NCBI GenBank assembly: GCA_000146465.1
Contig: CP001944.1
DNA: 64,000 nt
Strand: one strand, 5' to 3'
The translations under genes and the position numbers were made by a program. Each line of letters starts with the position of its first letter. The stretch's first letter is position 1. This document shows positions 8,013-17,683 of the stretch, piece after piece. The notes beneath the pieces were generated by a model that was not told where the DNA came from, did no database searches, and was given only the letters and a program-made list of their open reading frames with translations.

Positions 8013-10739
8013 TTATTCAACCGATCTGCAAATGTTGGAGTACTTGAGCCAATAAGGATTCTTCACTCGGTCGAGGTCATGGTCAAAGTCTTTCAAAACT
8101 TCTGAGATCTCTGTGAATTCAATCTTATCCTTTGAGAATCCAACAACCCCAACTCCGCATTTGCGAAGACATAGGTCAACAGCTTCAATCCCCAGAATTG
8201 TGGCATTTATTCTGTCTATTGGTGATGGATTTAGTCCTTGCTGGACATCTCCGAGAATTGAGTAGTTTGTTTCAAATAGATCTCCACTGTCGGTCTTTAA
8301 GATCTCACATAAGCTGCTCGTAGGAATTGACCGGAAGGTTCTTTCATTTCGGAATATCACAATTCCTCTTCTTATCTTTTCCCTGAACTTCACACGGAGT
8401 CTCTGTGCCACTTCGGAGAGATGTCCTATGAGATACTTTCGCTCTGGGATAAAAGCTTCAAATGCACCTGCAGCTATTCCTCCCATTAGCGATAGATATC
8501 CGCAGTTCTCCCCTCCAATTTCCACCACAAAGACATTGTTCTTATATGCAAACGAGTTTAGCTTTGACACGTCCGACACCTTTATAATTGTGTTGAGGGC
8601 TGTGTCTGCTCCAATGCTTATGTCTATTTTAGGAATGTTGTTGTAAGATGATGCAGGCACGAGGACAATGTTCACCCCTTTGAGCTCCTTGATTGTATTC
8701 AAGGCTTTGCTCCCTCCTATAATAATCAGTGAGTCCAGTCCAGACTCAACTACCTTCCTTTGGATCAGCTTTATGTCCACCTCCAAGTCTCCACCAACTC
8801 CTATTGCAGATCCCCCGTTGTTGACATCTCCAAAGAATTCATAGGGCTTAGCCCTTATAAGTTGATTGTTCACAAGACCTTCAAACCCATTTGGTATGTA
8901 ATATGGCTCTGCTCCAGCCACCAGAGAATATTGAACTACAGCATTCAACACCGTGTTCATCCCACTTGCTCGCCGTCCAAACTGAAGCACTCCTATCCGA
9001 GGCTTTCTATCTTCATATTTCCCTCTGCAGTCTGGCCCACAACTGCATTCGGTTTCGATCTTCTCCCTGGAGCTACAGTCACAGCCCTTATCTCTTATGT
9101 TCCGAATTCCTGTCATCAAAGACTTTCTAAAGTATGAATAAGCCAGCCTGAAGAAGTTACACCTACTTTTCAGAACATCTTCAAACAATTTCTTTTCCTG
9201 GAAATCTCTGACCAGATTGTTTCTTTCTATAACCTCTTTTAATTCAATCTCAAAGATCTCGTCCCTAAAGATGCTGATCATCACCGGGTCCTTTGTAGGC
9301 CCCAACGATATCTCCACAGCCTTGACCCCGAGGAGAGTACCATATATCCTATCCTGTGCAGAAGTCGGCCCACCCCTCTGAATATGCCCTAGCTTGAGGA
9401 GCCGGACATCCATTCCAAACTTGGCAATTTCTTCCACAGCTTGGGATGCATGTATGGGCGTCCCATCCTTCTCAACAGCTCCCTCCGAAACTATAACAAA
9501 AGTCCCTGCCTTCCCGCACCTTCTTGCTGTTGTAAGTGCCTCAATCATTTCCTTTTTCCACTCGGTAGGTGCCTCAGGAAGCAAAACATAGTCTGCAGAA
9601 CTCGCCAATGCAGACATAAGAGCTATCCATCCACACTTCCTCCCCATAACCTCAATGACAAACGTCCGGGTATGCGATTTCATTGTAGACATTAGATGAT
9701 CGATTCCTTCAATAACTCTGTGGATGGCAGTATCTTCCCCTAACGAAATGGGAACCCCACAGATGTCGTTGTCTATGGTTGCCGGTATTCCCACAACCTT
9801 CAGGTCATAGACATACTTTTCTATTTCGTCCAGGTCCATTTCTTCACAAGAGCATTTGTCCATTTGCAAGTCCTCTAGCATATCATCGGACGAATTAAGA
9901 TCATGGTAAACCATAGGTGTCTCCTTATAACATTCAGGAGCTCCATAGAAATCCGAATATCCAACCCCGCTTGTTTCGGTGGTGACTTTCTCTTTTTCTT
10001 CGTCCTTCGATTCTGCCTTGCTGTTCAGTATCCTCTTCAGATCGCGGGGAGAAATCTTTCCTTCCCTTATGAGATCTCTTAGATGATCCTTAAACTCGTC
10101 TCGAAGAACCATGGCTCCCTTCATAGACCCATCTCCTCCTAGCACTATAACACAGTTAATCTTCTTCCGTACCATGTTCAGTACTGCCTCTTTCCTTCCC
10201 TCTTTTCCCATAAACTTCTGGGACCTTGCAGATAGGAGAACAGTCCCTCCCTGACTACTGCAATGTGTCTCTGTATCCCAGCTTAGCCTGCGGATGTTAT
10301 TGTTGATAAGTCCATCATATCCGTTATACACTCCATATACAGATGCTCCCCACTTGATCCCTGTCCTTGTTATGCTCTTGATCGCCGAATTCATTCCTGG
10401 CGCATCTCCCCCGCTTGTCACAATTGCAATCCTATTCGTCTTTCCTTGCCCAGAAAACGTAACCACAATCTTGTTTCCCATCATGTCCATCATCTCAAGT
10501 GGCATTCCACGGCCGTTCTCGTTGACAAGCCCTCGCGTGGTCAAGCGCCGTAGTGCTTTGTATGAGGTGTGAATGTGGATTCCAGGGCTTGTAGATGTTA
10601 TCTTGGCTTTCCTGGTGCTGTATATCTTCAATGTTCCTCGATCATATATCACATCAAGACCAAGTAGTTCATACACCTCTCCATGCCTCTGCAGTATCCC
10701 GTCTCCAGATAGTTGTAACTCCTCAATGACAGCTTCCAT
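8013..10739 (-). CDS. PFK1: ATP-dependent 6-phosphofructokinase (eukaryotic duplicated-domain type)
   Basis: ATG at 10739. The protein is 908 aa with two PFK domains, GGDGS, MGR, and IPATIDND/IPKIDISIG signatures. Confidence 0.9.
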   Translation of the reverse strand: MEAVIEELQLSGDGILQRHGEVYELLGLDVIYDRGTLKIYSTRKAKITSTSPGIHIHTSYKALRRLTTRGLVNENGRGMPLEMMDMMGNKIVVTFSGQGKTNRIAIVTSGGDAPGMNSAIKSITRTGIKWGASVYGVYNGYDGLINNNIRRLSWDTETHCSSQGGTVLLSARSQKFMGKEGRKEAVLNMVRKKINCVIVLGGDGSMKGAMVLRDEFKDHLRDLIREGKISPRDLKRILNSKAESKDEEKEKVTTETSGVGYSDFYGAPECYKETPMVYHDLNSSDDMLEDLQMDKCSCEEMDLDEIEKYVYDLKVVGIPATIDNDICGVPISLGEDTAIHRVIEGIDHLMSTMKSHTRTFVIEVMGRKCGWIALMSALASSADYVLLPEAPTEWKKEMIEALTTARRCGKAGTFVIVSEGAVEKDGTPIHASQAVEEIAKFGMDVRLLKLGHIQRGGPTSAQDRIYGTLLGVKAVEISLGPTKDPVMISIFRDEIFEIELKEVIERNNLVRDFQEKKLFEDVLKSRCNFFRLAYSYFRKSLMTGIRNIRDKGCDCSSREKIETECSCGPDCRGKYEDRKPRIGVLQFGRRASGMNTVLNAVVQYSLVAGAEPYYIPNGFEGLVNNQLIRAKPYEFFGDVNNGGSAIGVGGDLEVDIKLIQRKVVESGLDSLIIIGGSKALNTIKELKGVNIVLVPASSYNNIPKIDISIGADTALNTIIKVSDVSKLNSFAYKNNVFVVEIGGENCGYLSLMGGIAAGAFEAFIPERKYLIGHLSEVAQRLRVKFREKIRRGIVIFRNERTFRSIPTSSLCEILKTDSGDLFETNYSILGDVQQGLNPSPIDRINATILGIEAVDLCLRKCGVGVVGFSKDKIEFTEISEVLKDFDHDLDRVKNPYWLKYSNICRSVE

Positions 10740-10930
10740 ATCTCCCCTTTAGAGATCGCATTTATCTCTGCAATAACCAATCAAATCGCTACCCAGCCTT
10801 CAAACTAATTATCGAGACCATCTTCAATTTGTTTAAAAATAGAAACCTTTAATATCCAAGGCAATTTAAGCGTAATTGTCTAAATTTAGCAACCTAGATG
10901 AAATAAGAAAAGCGAAGGAGGGGATTCATT

Positions 10931-11278
10931 ATGCTCTCTGCAGATGGGAAAGAGAACGAGATCGGCAAGAGCTTGATAGAAGATGCATCTTTGTTTCTGT
11001 GGTTTGTAAATGCAGTGAATTCTGGTGGATGCTGTAGGGAAATTAAGAGTGAGGAGGATCTGTCCCTTGCTTCCAAGAAGAAGATTCACCAAAAAATAAA
11101 GTTTAAGGCATATAGCATGGGTGCCGAAAGTATTATGTATGAAAAGAGAAATGAGATGGCCTTCGAGGAGGATAGAAATGGATTCATATGTGCACACTGC
11201 GATGCAAGGTATGTGTATAAAAGATGCCTAGCAAATCACCTCATAAAATCTCACCACATAAATTCAAATACACTCTAG
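10931..11278 (+). CDS. Small C2H2 zinc-finger protein
   Basis: ATG at 10931 with a GGGG motif about 9 nt upstream. C-terminal C2H2 finger FICAHCDARYVYKRCLANHLIKSHH. Confidence 0.55.
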   Translation: MLSADGKENEIGKSLIEDASLFLWFVNAVNSGGCCREIKSEEDLSLASKKKIHQKIKFKAYSMGAESIMYEKRNEMAFEEDRNGFICAHCDARYVYKRCLANHLIKSHHINSNTL

Positions 11279-11393
11279 TAGGCAGCTATATCGAACTGTT
11301 CAACGAAATTTTAAAGTCCTTACCTAACGAGTATAGATGCCGAAAACATATACAATAGAAGAATGCTTCATTGGAGTGTTTGGGTCTGTTTAT

Positions 11394-13898
11394 TCATAAC
11401 TGGCTGTCGAGGTTGGAAATTTCAAATGTGAATCTTCTTCGAAGGAAGAATCTCTCGTCATCTCTCAAAATCTTGACTTGGACCTTCTGGAACATCTGGA
11501 AGTGGCCTTCTGAAACAACAACTTCTTCAAGGTTGTATTCAGGAACATACACCACAACCCCATTCGCCTTGATGTTTGTAATAAATCCCTCTACAAGAGA
11601 TTCCCTATCTTTGAGCATTGTGTAAATAATCACCTTGCCACACTCCCAAGATGCTTTTTTTGCCGATCGATATCTCGAGTTCATGTTCCGGCACATGTCC
11701 TCATCGGCAAACTTCTGACTTTGAGTCTCTTTCTCCGTGTTCTTTCTTGGCAGAAATGTTACTATCCCTAGCTTACTTGTATGTATCTCTTCAGGATGTG
11801 CTGTCTGGAGAATATGACCCAAGATCCTGTGGACTATGATGTCTGCATATCTCCTGATTGGAGAGGTAAAATGGGTATACATCGGTGTTGCAAGCCCATA
11901 ATGATGGAAGTTGGATGTCTCTCCAGACACAACATACACAGCCTGATTCATGGATCTTATAAGCATCCTTTTCATTAGGTCTTTCTTGAGGCCTTCAACC
12001 TTGTTCAGAAGATTCCCGACACTTTCGGAGGAGGCATCGATTCCAAGGTTGTCATCCAGTACAGATGGAGGGGGATGCTTTCTAAGCAACGAAGAGTCTG
12101 GATGGTGGTGATATATAAACGAGGCTACCGAAATATTTGCTAGAATCATAAACTCTTCAACAAGGAAGTTTGTTGGAAGGCATTCCTTAACTTCAAGCTT
12201 TCCTCCTCGAAATGTAAGCTGTCTTGTGCTTAGATCCAACGAGCCCTTCTCAAGCCTTCCATTCCGTAGGATCTTACTCATCCGAAGGAGTGTTGCCAGC
12301 GAGGAGAGTATCTCCTCTTCAGCAGCTGAAAATCCCCTGATAACATCATAGGCTTCCTGATAGCTGAACGACCTCCGAGATCTTATTAGGGATCGGGAGA
12401 AATGTGTTCTTACAATCTTTGCGTCGTTAGACATCTCCCATACCACAGAAAAGGCCGCTCTGTCCTTCCCAGCAACTAAGCTACACAAGTCTGTACTTAG
12501 AGAAGGAGGTAGCATATCGATACGCCGTTCAGGAAGATACACCGTTGTACTCCTATCCCTTGCAACCTTGTCCATCTTCGAGTCCTTTCTGACATAATAC
12601 GCCACATCTGCTATGTGAACACCGATCTCCCAGTTTCCATTGGGAAGAAGCCGGCAGTGAAGAGCATCATCAATGTCCTCACATCCTGGTGGATCAATAC
12701 TCACTGTAGCTAGATCTCGGAAGTCTTCTCTACTTCCCTCCTCAATCTCCCGGTATATTCTTTCTATTCCAAACCTCTCTTCCGATTCCCAAGAATCCCC
12801 AAGTATATCCTTCCAACTGCTATTGTAGTATGTTATTCCATTTGCAACAAGTATAGCTTCCACTTCTGCATCCTTGTCTCCAATGGTCCCCAGCCTTCTG
12901 TAGTAGTGGCCGCTAGGATAGTTACTTGTTTTCTCCCATCCATCAATCTCAACACAAAGTCTCTTGTTCATTAATTCCTCAGCTTGTCCTGTTCTTATTC
13001 TAACCGCCGGTATTCTCTTGTCAATTGGGATCACCAGCACATTTTGGGTTCCTATTCCATGCACCGTTCTTGGGGATATAGTCCCAACAATCGCCCTACA
13101 CTTCCTCCTGTAAATCCCAACAACCTTTCCAAACATTTCCTTGTCTTCCTTTCTTTTTCTTGTTTCCTTCAGACCTTCTTCATCGTCCACCAATATCCCA
13201 TCTTCATCACACTCGTCTATCTCCTCTACATATACCTCATCTCCATTTATCGCTCTGTTCATATTCTTCTTCCCAATCACAAGAATCTTGACGTCTCCAT
13301 CCACTACAAATCCACTATAGCAGTTGTACATGCTAACCTCAAGCATTCCTCTGTATAGTCCCTTCTTTCCATACTGGACATCTAGATTTTCCCTGTAGTC
13401 TTCGTACTCGGTTGCTTCCTTCTCATCCACAATAGACAAAAGATCTTGGATATCATCAGAGACATATTTCCCATACTCCCAAATATTATCCATCGTTAGG
13501 ATGATGAATTTGTATTGTGGCAGATGGTCTTTGTAGAACTCCAGAACTCCCTCAAGCCCCCTTCCACTGGTCGACTTACAAAAGTTGTTGCAGAATACAG
13601 CATATCCCTTTTCTCTTGCAACATCTCTTAAACCTTTCTCGTCATTCCTTGAGAGCTCTTCAAGAGCCGACTGGCATATTATTGCTGCAACATAATCACT
13701 CTTAAGCAATGCTCGGTATTTGGACATAACTGCTGCATCAGGAATCACAAACACAGAAGTTCTTTTATTCTCCTTGCACATACCTCCGCAACACTCAAAC
13801 CCACAGGGCACATCGTCCCTAACATAGTGCTCTCGGACCCTCTTGATCAGCTTTAATCTCTTAGATATCTTTCTTTCGGCCACAATTCCATACCACAT
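11394..13898 (-). CDS. DIS3: Exosome catalytic subunit DIS3/RRP44 (PIN + CSD + RNB exoribonuclease)
   Basis: ORF-track start 13913 is TTG. The first ATG is at 13898. N-terminal CR3-like CGFECCGGMC and PIN region. The RNB domain carries DIDDALH and THFTSPIRRYADIIVHR motifs. Confidence 0.9.
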   Translation of the reverse strand: MWYGIVAERKISKRLKLIKRVREHYVRDDVPCGFECCGGMCKENKRTSVFVIPDAAVMSKYRALLKSDYVAAIICQSALEELSRNDEKGLRDVAREKGYAVFCNNFCKSTSGRGLEGVLEFYKDHLPQYKFIILTMDNIWEYGKYVSDDIQDLLSIVDEKEATEYEDYRENLDVQYGKKGLYRGMLEVSMYNCYSGFVVDGDVKILVIGKKNMNRAINGDEVYVEEIDECDEDGILVDDEEGLKETRKRKEDKEMFGKVVGIYRRKCRAIVGTISPRTVHGIGTQNVLVIPIDKRIPAVRIRTGQAEELMNKRLCVEIDGWEKTSNYPSGHYYRRLGTIGDKDAEVEAILVANGITYYNSSWKDILGDSWESEERFGIERIYREIEEGSREDFRDLATVSIDPPGCEDIDDALHCRLLPNGNWEIGVHIADVAYYVRKDSKMDKVARDRSTTVYLPERRIDMLPPSLSTDLCSLVAGKDRAAFSVVWEMSNDAKIVRTHFSRSLIRSRRSFSYQEAYDVIRGFSAAEEEILSSLATLLRMSKILRNGRLEKGSLDLSTRQLTFRGGKLEVKECLPTNFLVEEFMILANISVASFIYHHHPDSSLLRKHPPPSVLDDNLGIDASSESVGNLLNKVEGLKKDLMKRMLIRSMNQAVYVVSGETSNFHHYGLATPMYTHFTSPIRRYADIIVHRILGHILQTAHPEEIHTSKLGIVTFLPRKNTEKETQSQKFADEDMCRNMNSRYRSAKKASWECGKVIIYTMLKDRESLVEGFITNIKANGVVVYVPEYNLEEVVVSEGHFQMFQKVQVKILRDDERFFLRRRFTFEISNLDSQL

Positions 13899-13956
13899 TA
13901 AAGGGATTCCCAATAGAAGTTAAAAACTTATCGAAGATAAAATAAGGAACCGTTTA

Positions 13957-14289
13957 TTATCCACTAGACGCCAGTCCGGTCTTCTCCTTGACTATCCTTT
14001 CCTCGTCAGCAAGAAATGCGCCGGTGATCTTTTCCTTGACACATCTGCCACAGATCGTGGCTCCATAAGCCCTGTTAACACGCCTTGCAGAAACCTTTTG
14101 CCGAGAAAACTCTGCAGGCCTCATTCGGGCTATGCTTCCCAGGACAGTGTTGCATTCATGGCATCTGTGCTTCTTGGAATGTTTCTTCATTCTTCGGTTG
14201 ACAAGTTTCCCAGACGGTGTCCTTATCTTTATTCTCCTGTTGCTACGGGTCTTATATGTTGCTCCCTTATGAATAAGAACTTTCTTCAT
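13957..14289 (-). CDS. RPL34: 60S ribosomal protein L34e
   Basis: L34e pattern [25 protein letters not shown]...C..C...C..C. An upstream ATG at 14343 would add 18 aa, but the AAATTTCCCCC motif lies between the two ATGs. This favours the start at 14289 (MKKVLIHK). Confidence 0.8.
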   Translation of the reverse strand: MKKVLIHKGATYKTRSNRRIKIRTPSGKLVNRRMKKHSKKHRCHECNTVLGSIARMRPAEFSRQKVSARRVNRAYGATICGRCVKEKITGAFLADEERIVKEKTGLASSG

Positions 14290-14300
14290 TTTCTTTGCAA

Positions 14301-14313
14301 GGGGGAAATTTTT
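14301..14313 (-). promoter_or_regulatory. AAAAATTTCCCCC promoter-like motif upstream of RPL34
   Basis: The minus-strand reading is gacAAAAATTTCCCCCttgcaaagaaaATG. It has the same architecture as the motifs upstream of RPS14, TUB2 and RPL7. Confidence 0.4.
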
Positions 14314-14353
14314 GTCTTCTTCTGTTTCGCATACTGTGCGCATGGTTGTAAGC

Positions 14354-14704
14354 TTATATATTTAGCAGCTTGAGTCTGGCGTATGCCTCATCGTCCTTGA
14401 AAAGGCTCACAATGTTAACATACTTCATTCCAAATATCGACGAAAGTTCTCTTTCTGCCCCGGCTGGAAGAGCATACAGGTCTATTCCAAAATGGCTGCA
14501 GAACAGTGGAAGGTGCAAAAACAAAACATCATCTGCAGGTGTTATGAGAACAGCACCTATGTCTTTTTGTCCTTCTTCGTAATGTTTCATCAGCTGGTTG
14601 TAGGTGACCAAGGCCTTTTTTGTTCCTCTAAGGATCTTGTAGACGCTTGAAGGGTCGTCTATTGTCTTTACAATGTGGATGTCTGTGTGAAAGATCTTCT
14701 TCAT
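14354..14704 (-). CDS. L7Ae/L30e-family RNA-binding protein, divergent (Pop3/Rpp38- or Nhp2-like)
   Basis: Internal ATG at 14704. [15 protein letters not shown]...[11 protein letters not shown]...HLPLFC...IDLYALP...G.KYVNIV fits the L7Ae K-turn-binding fold. The upstream extension to 14986 is only the complement of a Ser/Glu-rich region of the opposite-strand gene. Confidence 0.5.
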   Translation of the reverse strand: MKKIFHTDIHIVKTIDDPSSVYKILRGTKKALVTYNQLMKHYEEGQKDIGAVLITPADDVLFLHLPLFCSHFGIDLYALPAGAERELSSIFGMKYVNIVSLFKDDEAYARLKLLNI

Positions 14705-14765
14705 GGCAAAGGACCGGGTTTCTGGTGTGCAGATATATCTGGATTCTAACGACCCCAAAAATTTT

Positions 14766-15590
14766 ATGAAAAAAACGATGGAGAAGGTGAGCAAAAGCGA
14801 CTCTGAGTCTGGAAGCGAATCCAGCTCTGAGGCGTCTGTAGAGTCTTCAGGGAGTTCCAGGGAGTCGATGGGCTCTGGAGAGGAATGCACAGAGACCGAG
14901 TCTGAGATCGAGGAGGAGACATCGAGCGGAAGCGCAGAGGAAAGCAAGAGAGAGAATCCATCTCTTACAGTGTTCATAAAGGGCATAAGCTATGACTTGA
15001 CGGAGTACGACTTGAAGAGTGAGATGGAGAAGATAGGAAAAGTAGCCCGGGTTGGGATTCCGATGACCAATGACTACAAGCGTAATAAGGGCTTTGGATA
15101 TGTGGAGTTCTGTAAGGAAGAAGATGTGAAGAAGGCGCTGAAGCTGGACGGTACTGTTTTTCTTGGTAGAGAGGTGATTGTGAACATGGCACATCCTCGA
15201 ACCAACAAAGAGAAACACACAATATACATTTCAAACCTCCCGTTCGAATGTGACAAGAAGAAGTTGAAGAAGTACTTTGAAGAGATGGGAGAAGTGGTTG
15301 GGATGTCTTTCCCATATGATAAAGAAAATGACCGATTGAAGGGATACGGATTTGTCGACTTTGGAAACAAGGAGGACTATGAAAAGGTTTTGAAGAAGAA
15401 ACTGGTTTTTGAAGACAGTTCTATATACCAGAGACCGGCTTATAAGAACGGTAGGGAGGATAGAAAGGATTTTGACAGAAGAGGACCTAAAAGAAACGAC
15501 TCCAGATGGAATGGAAAAAGACATGGAATGGACGGTCAGAACAGAAACAACAATAAGAAAGTTAAGTTTAACTCTGATAGCGAGGAATAA
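14766..15590 (+). CDS. Nucleolin/Nsr1-like RNA-binding protein (acidic Ser-rich N-terminus + 2 RRMs)
   Basis: RRM motifs KGFGYVEFCKEEDVKKAL and LKGYGFVDFGNKEDYEKVL. The Ser/Glu-rich N-terminus is typical of nucleolin. The first ATG at 14703 shares a CATG with the opposite-strand start. I prefer ATG 14766, which is preceded by ccccaaaaatttt. Confidence 0.7.
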   Translation: MKKTMEKVSKSDSESGSESSSEASVESSGSSRESMGSGEECTETESEIEEETSSGSAEESKRENPSLTVFIKGISYDLTEYDLKSEMEKIGKVARVGIPMTNDYKRNKGFGYVEFCKEEDVKKALKLDGTVFLGREVIVNMAHPRTNKEKHTIYISNLPFECDKKKLKKYFEEMGEVVGMSFPYDKENDRLKGYGFVDFGNKEDYEKVLKKKLVFEDSSIYQRPAYKNGREDRKDFDRRGPKRNDSRWNGKRHGMDGQNRNNNKKVKFNSDSEE

Positions 15591-15653
15591 AGAAATTCTT
15601 TATTATTTTTCCGGTTTTCCATTAGAACAAACAGTCGTTCCGATCCCCTTTGA

Positions 15654-16175
15654 ATGGCCGAAGCTTGTTCCAGAAGAACATTGTACATAAGAAACTTGAA
15701 CAGGCGGCTTCCCATAAGGGAGGTGAAGAGAAGGCTGGGCTTGTTTGTTTCGAGACTTTCCCGGGTGTCAAAGATAAAGATGAGCAACAAGCCTGGGCTC
15801 TTAGGACAGGCATTTGTTCATCTGGATGGAGAAATAACCAATGAGATTCTGGATAGTCTAAATGGAAGATTTTTCCTTGGCGATGTGATTCTGGCATGTC
15901 CTGCGCGTGAGGATATGTGCATTGGGAAGAGGAGAACCATTGTATCCACAAGGTCCTTGCTAGTCACTGGAATTCCCTCCGGCATGACCAGAGAAGAGCT
16001 TGTAGACATCTTCAAAGGCTTTGAAGGCCTAGAAGCCGTGAGACTCATCAAGGTAAAGAGTCTTGCCTTTGTAGACTTCTCCTCTCCTCAAGAAGCATCT
16101 ACTGCTTACTCATACTTTGAGGACGGACAAGTGAAACATATCCTCGGGGACATGAAGATAATGCCATCTGCATGA
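15654..16175 (+). CDS. U1A/U2B''-like snRNP protein with two RRMs
   Basis: ATG at 15654. N-terminal RRM TLYIRNLNRRLPIREVKRRLG...GQAFVHLDGEI. C-terminal RRM LLVTGIPSGMTREELVDIFKGFEGLEAVRLI..LAFVDFSSPQEA. Confidence 0.8.
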   Translation: MAEACSRRTLYIRNLNRRLPIREVKRRLGLFVSRLSRVSKIKMSNKPGLLGQAFVHLDGEITNEILDSLNGRFFLGDVILACPAREDMCIGKRRTIVSTRSLLVTGIPSGMTREELVDIFKGFEGLEAVRLIKVKSLAFVDFSSPQEASTAYSYFEDGQVKHILGDMKIMPSA

Positions 16176-16212
16176 TGGAAAGCCCAAAAGCACATAGAAA
16201 CTTCCATTAAAA

Positions 16213-16686
16213 TTACCGCAGGAATCTACCTTGTCTTCTTCTCTTAACACCATCCCTTTGATGTTTATCTTCAAGATACATCTTGTCTGCTTTGACCCGT
16301 CCTCCAAACACTCCTCTTCCATACTGTCTTCCCTCCACAAACCCATAGTCCTTGTCGATTGTCAATGGGACCTGGTCGATCCGGAACCCGTTTATGTATC
16401 GGACAGCCATATCTGCAGAACAGACCTCATAGAACTCGACAAAGCAGAATCCACAGAATCTAAGTGTGTTTCTATTCAACCCCATTATAACCCTTTTTAC
16501 AGCCCCACACAGCAAAAATAGCTCCCATATTCGTTCCTCCCGTACGTTCGTGGGGACATTGGATACAAAAATAGTAGACGAGTTTTTCTTTGCCTCCAGA
16601 TATTCTTCATCTGTCCCTACAAATGTCTTCTCTCTGTAGAAGTATCCTCCTGGCTCTCCTCCAAAGTACTTTTCCAGAGTCTCCAT
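16213..16686 (-). CDS. CBC2: Nuclear cap-binding protein subunit 2 (CBP20)
   Basis: ORF-track start 16704 is TTG. The first ATG is at 16686. IFVSNVP...IMGLNRNTLRFCGFCFVEFY...YINGFRID...DKDYGFVEGRQYGRG is the CBP20 RRM signature. Confidence 0.85.
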   Translation of the reverse strand: METLEKYFGGEPGGYFYREKTFVGTDEEYLEAKKNSSTIFVSNVPTNVREERIWELFLLCGAVKRVIMGLNRNTLRFCGFCFVEFYEVCSADMAVRYINGFRIDQVPLTIDKDYGFVEGRQYGRGVFGGRVKADKMYLEDKHQRDGVKRRRQGRFLR

Positions 16687-16792
16687 GGGCTTCGGAACTT
16701 CCAAGGATTTGTCCTAAAAGAAAGCAAGAAATATCAAGAAATAGGTTTATAATTGTGTAAGCTTAACTTTACAAGGGATTCTGATCCAGAGA

Positions 16793-17479
16793 CTAAAATT
16801 TGGCATGATCTATGAGAAAAAGACTAACGAAGAACATGTAGAACGATCTGCAAAGATGGTCCATGCTCTTGAAGTGGTTGCGGTGTGTCAGAGAAAGCTT
16901 CCTGCTGAGGATCTCAAGAACAAACACACATCCAAGTACAAAGACAATCCCTCCATTCCCTGTGTACAGGAGTAGGAAGAAAACCATAAACTTGGCAAAG
17001 TCCTCTTTGGAAATCCGGATGTCTCCAAAAAGATCTACAATGCTCTTTAGGGTCAATATCTTTTTCCTATCCTTGACAAGATAGACGTTTCCGTTGAACA
17101 CCACAAGGTCTTCCGGATCAACCATCATCTTGGCTCCCGTCTCTTTAACAGACACGGCAACTTTAACAGATATGTCATTGGTTTCCACCTCTTCAAAGAA
17201 GAGCCTTTCGGCATCAGGGCTGTGCATCTTGCCCATCTTCAGAATAGAGACGTCATATACAAGTTGAAGTCTCTCCTTGCCCAGTGTGCGGAGCTGAACT
17301 GCATCGCTCACAATTTTCCCATTGAGAATTATCTTTATTCCATTCTCGATAGACTCTATGCAGTAGCCCTCCATCTGACTTTTCAAGTACTGTTTGACGT
17401 GGAGTATTGTATTATCAGACTCAAACTCCTTTGTGTATGTGTATTCTCCATCTTTCGATCTAAGGGTAACTATGGTCAT
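16793..17479 (-). CDS. Hypothetical protein with N-terminal ubiquitin-like beta-grasp region and C-terminal transmembrane segments
   Basis: ATG at 17479. The protein is 228 aa. Its C-terminus FMVFFLLLYTGNGGIVFVLGCVFVLEIL is hydrophobic. I found no confident family assignment. Confidence 0.55.
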   Translation of the reverse strand: MTIVTLRSKDGEYTYTKEFESDNTILHVKQYLKSQMEGYCIESIENGIKIILNGKIVSDAVQLRTLGKERLQLVYDVSILKMGKMHSPDAERLFFEEVETNDISVKVAVSVKETGAKMMVDPEDLVVFNGNVYLVKDRKKILTLKSIVDLFGDIRISKEDFAKFMVFFLLLYTGNGGIVFVLGCVFVLEILSRKLSLTHRNHFKSMDHLCRSFYMFFVSLFLIDHAKF

Positions 17480-17683
17480 TTCCCTCCCTTCTAGCGGGGT
17501 TGTTTATATTTCTTTTGTGATCAATCAGATGGTCTGGGAGAAAAGGGGGAGAGACAATGAATAGGAATGCAGTATCACGAGTTTGGGCTGAGCCATAGGA
17601 AGTAGAGGCAAGGAGATGTAGAATAGCCTGAACTACGGGGAGTTTTGAGGCTCTTGATTTTTGAGAAAAATGGATCCCTACGA

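Noticed and set aside
8132-10572. Several 60-125 aa plus-strand ORFs inside the PFK gene (8132, 8428, 8760, 8891, 9394, 9441, 10294)
   Set aside because: They are antisense to a well-supported 908-aa PFK CDS, have no homology, and several have non-ATG starts. These are typical chance ORFs.
14290-14343. Possible 5' intron or N-terminal extension in RPL34 (upstream ATG at 14343)
   Set aside because: There are no convincing GTAAGT...AG splice signals. The AAAAATTTCCCCC promoter-like motif lies between the two ATGs, so the simpler reading is transcription initiating downstream of 14343 with the start at 14289.
14705-14986. N-terminal 94-codon extension of the minus-strand L7Ae-like ORF
   Set aside because: It is only the reverse complement of the Ser/Glu-rich low-complexity coding region of the plus-strand nucleolin-like gene. 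Conserved L7Ae similarity begins at the internal ATG 14704.
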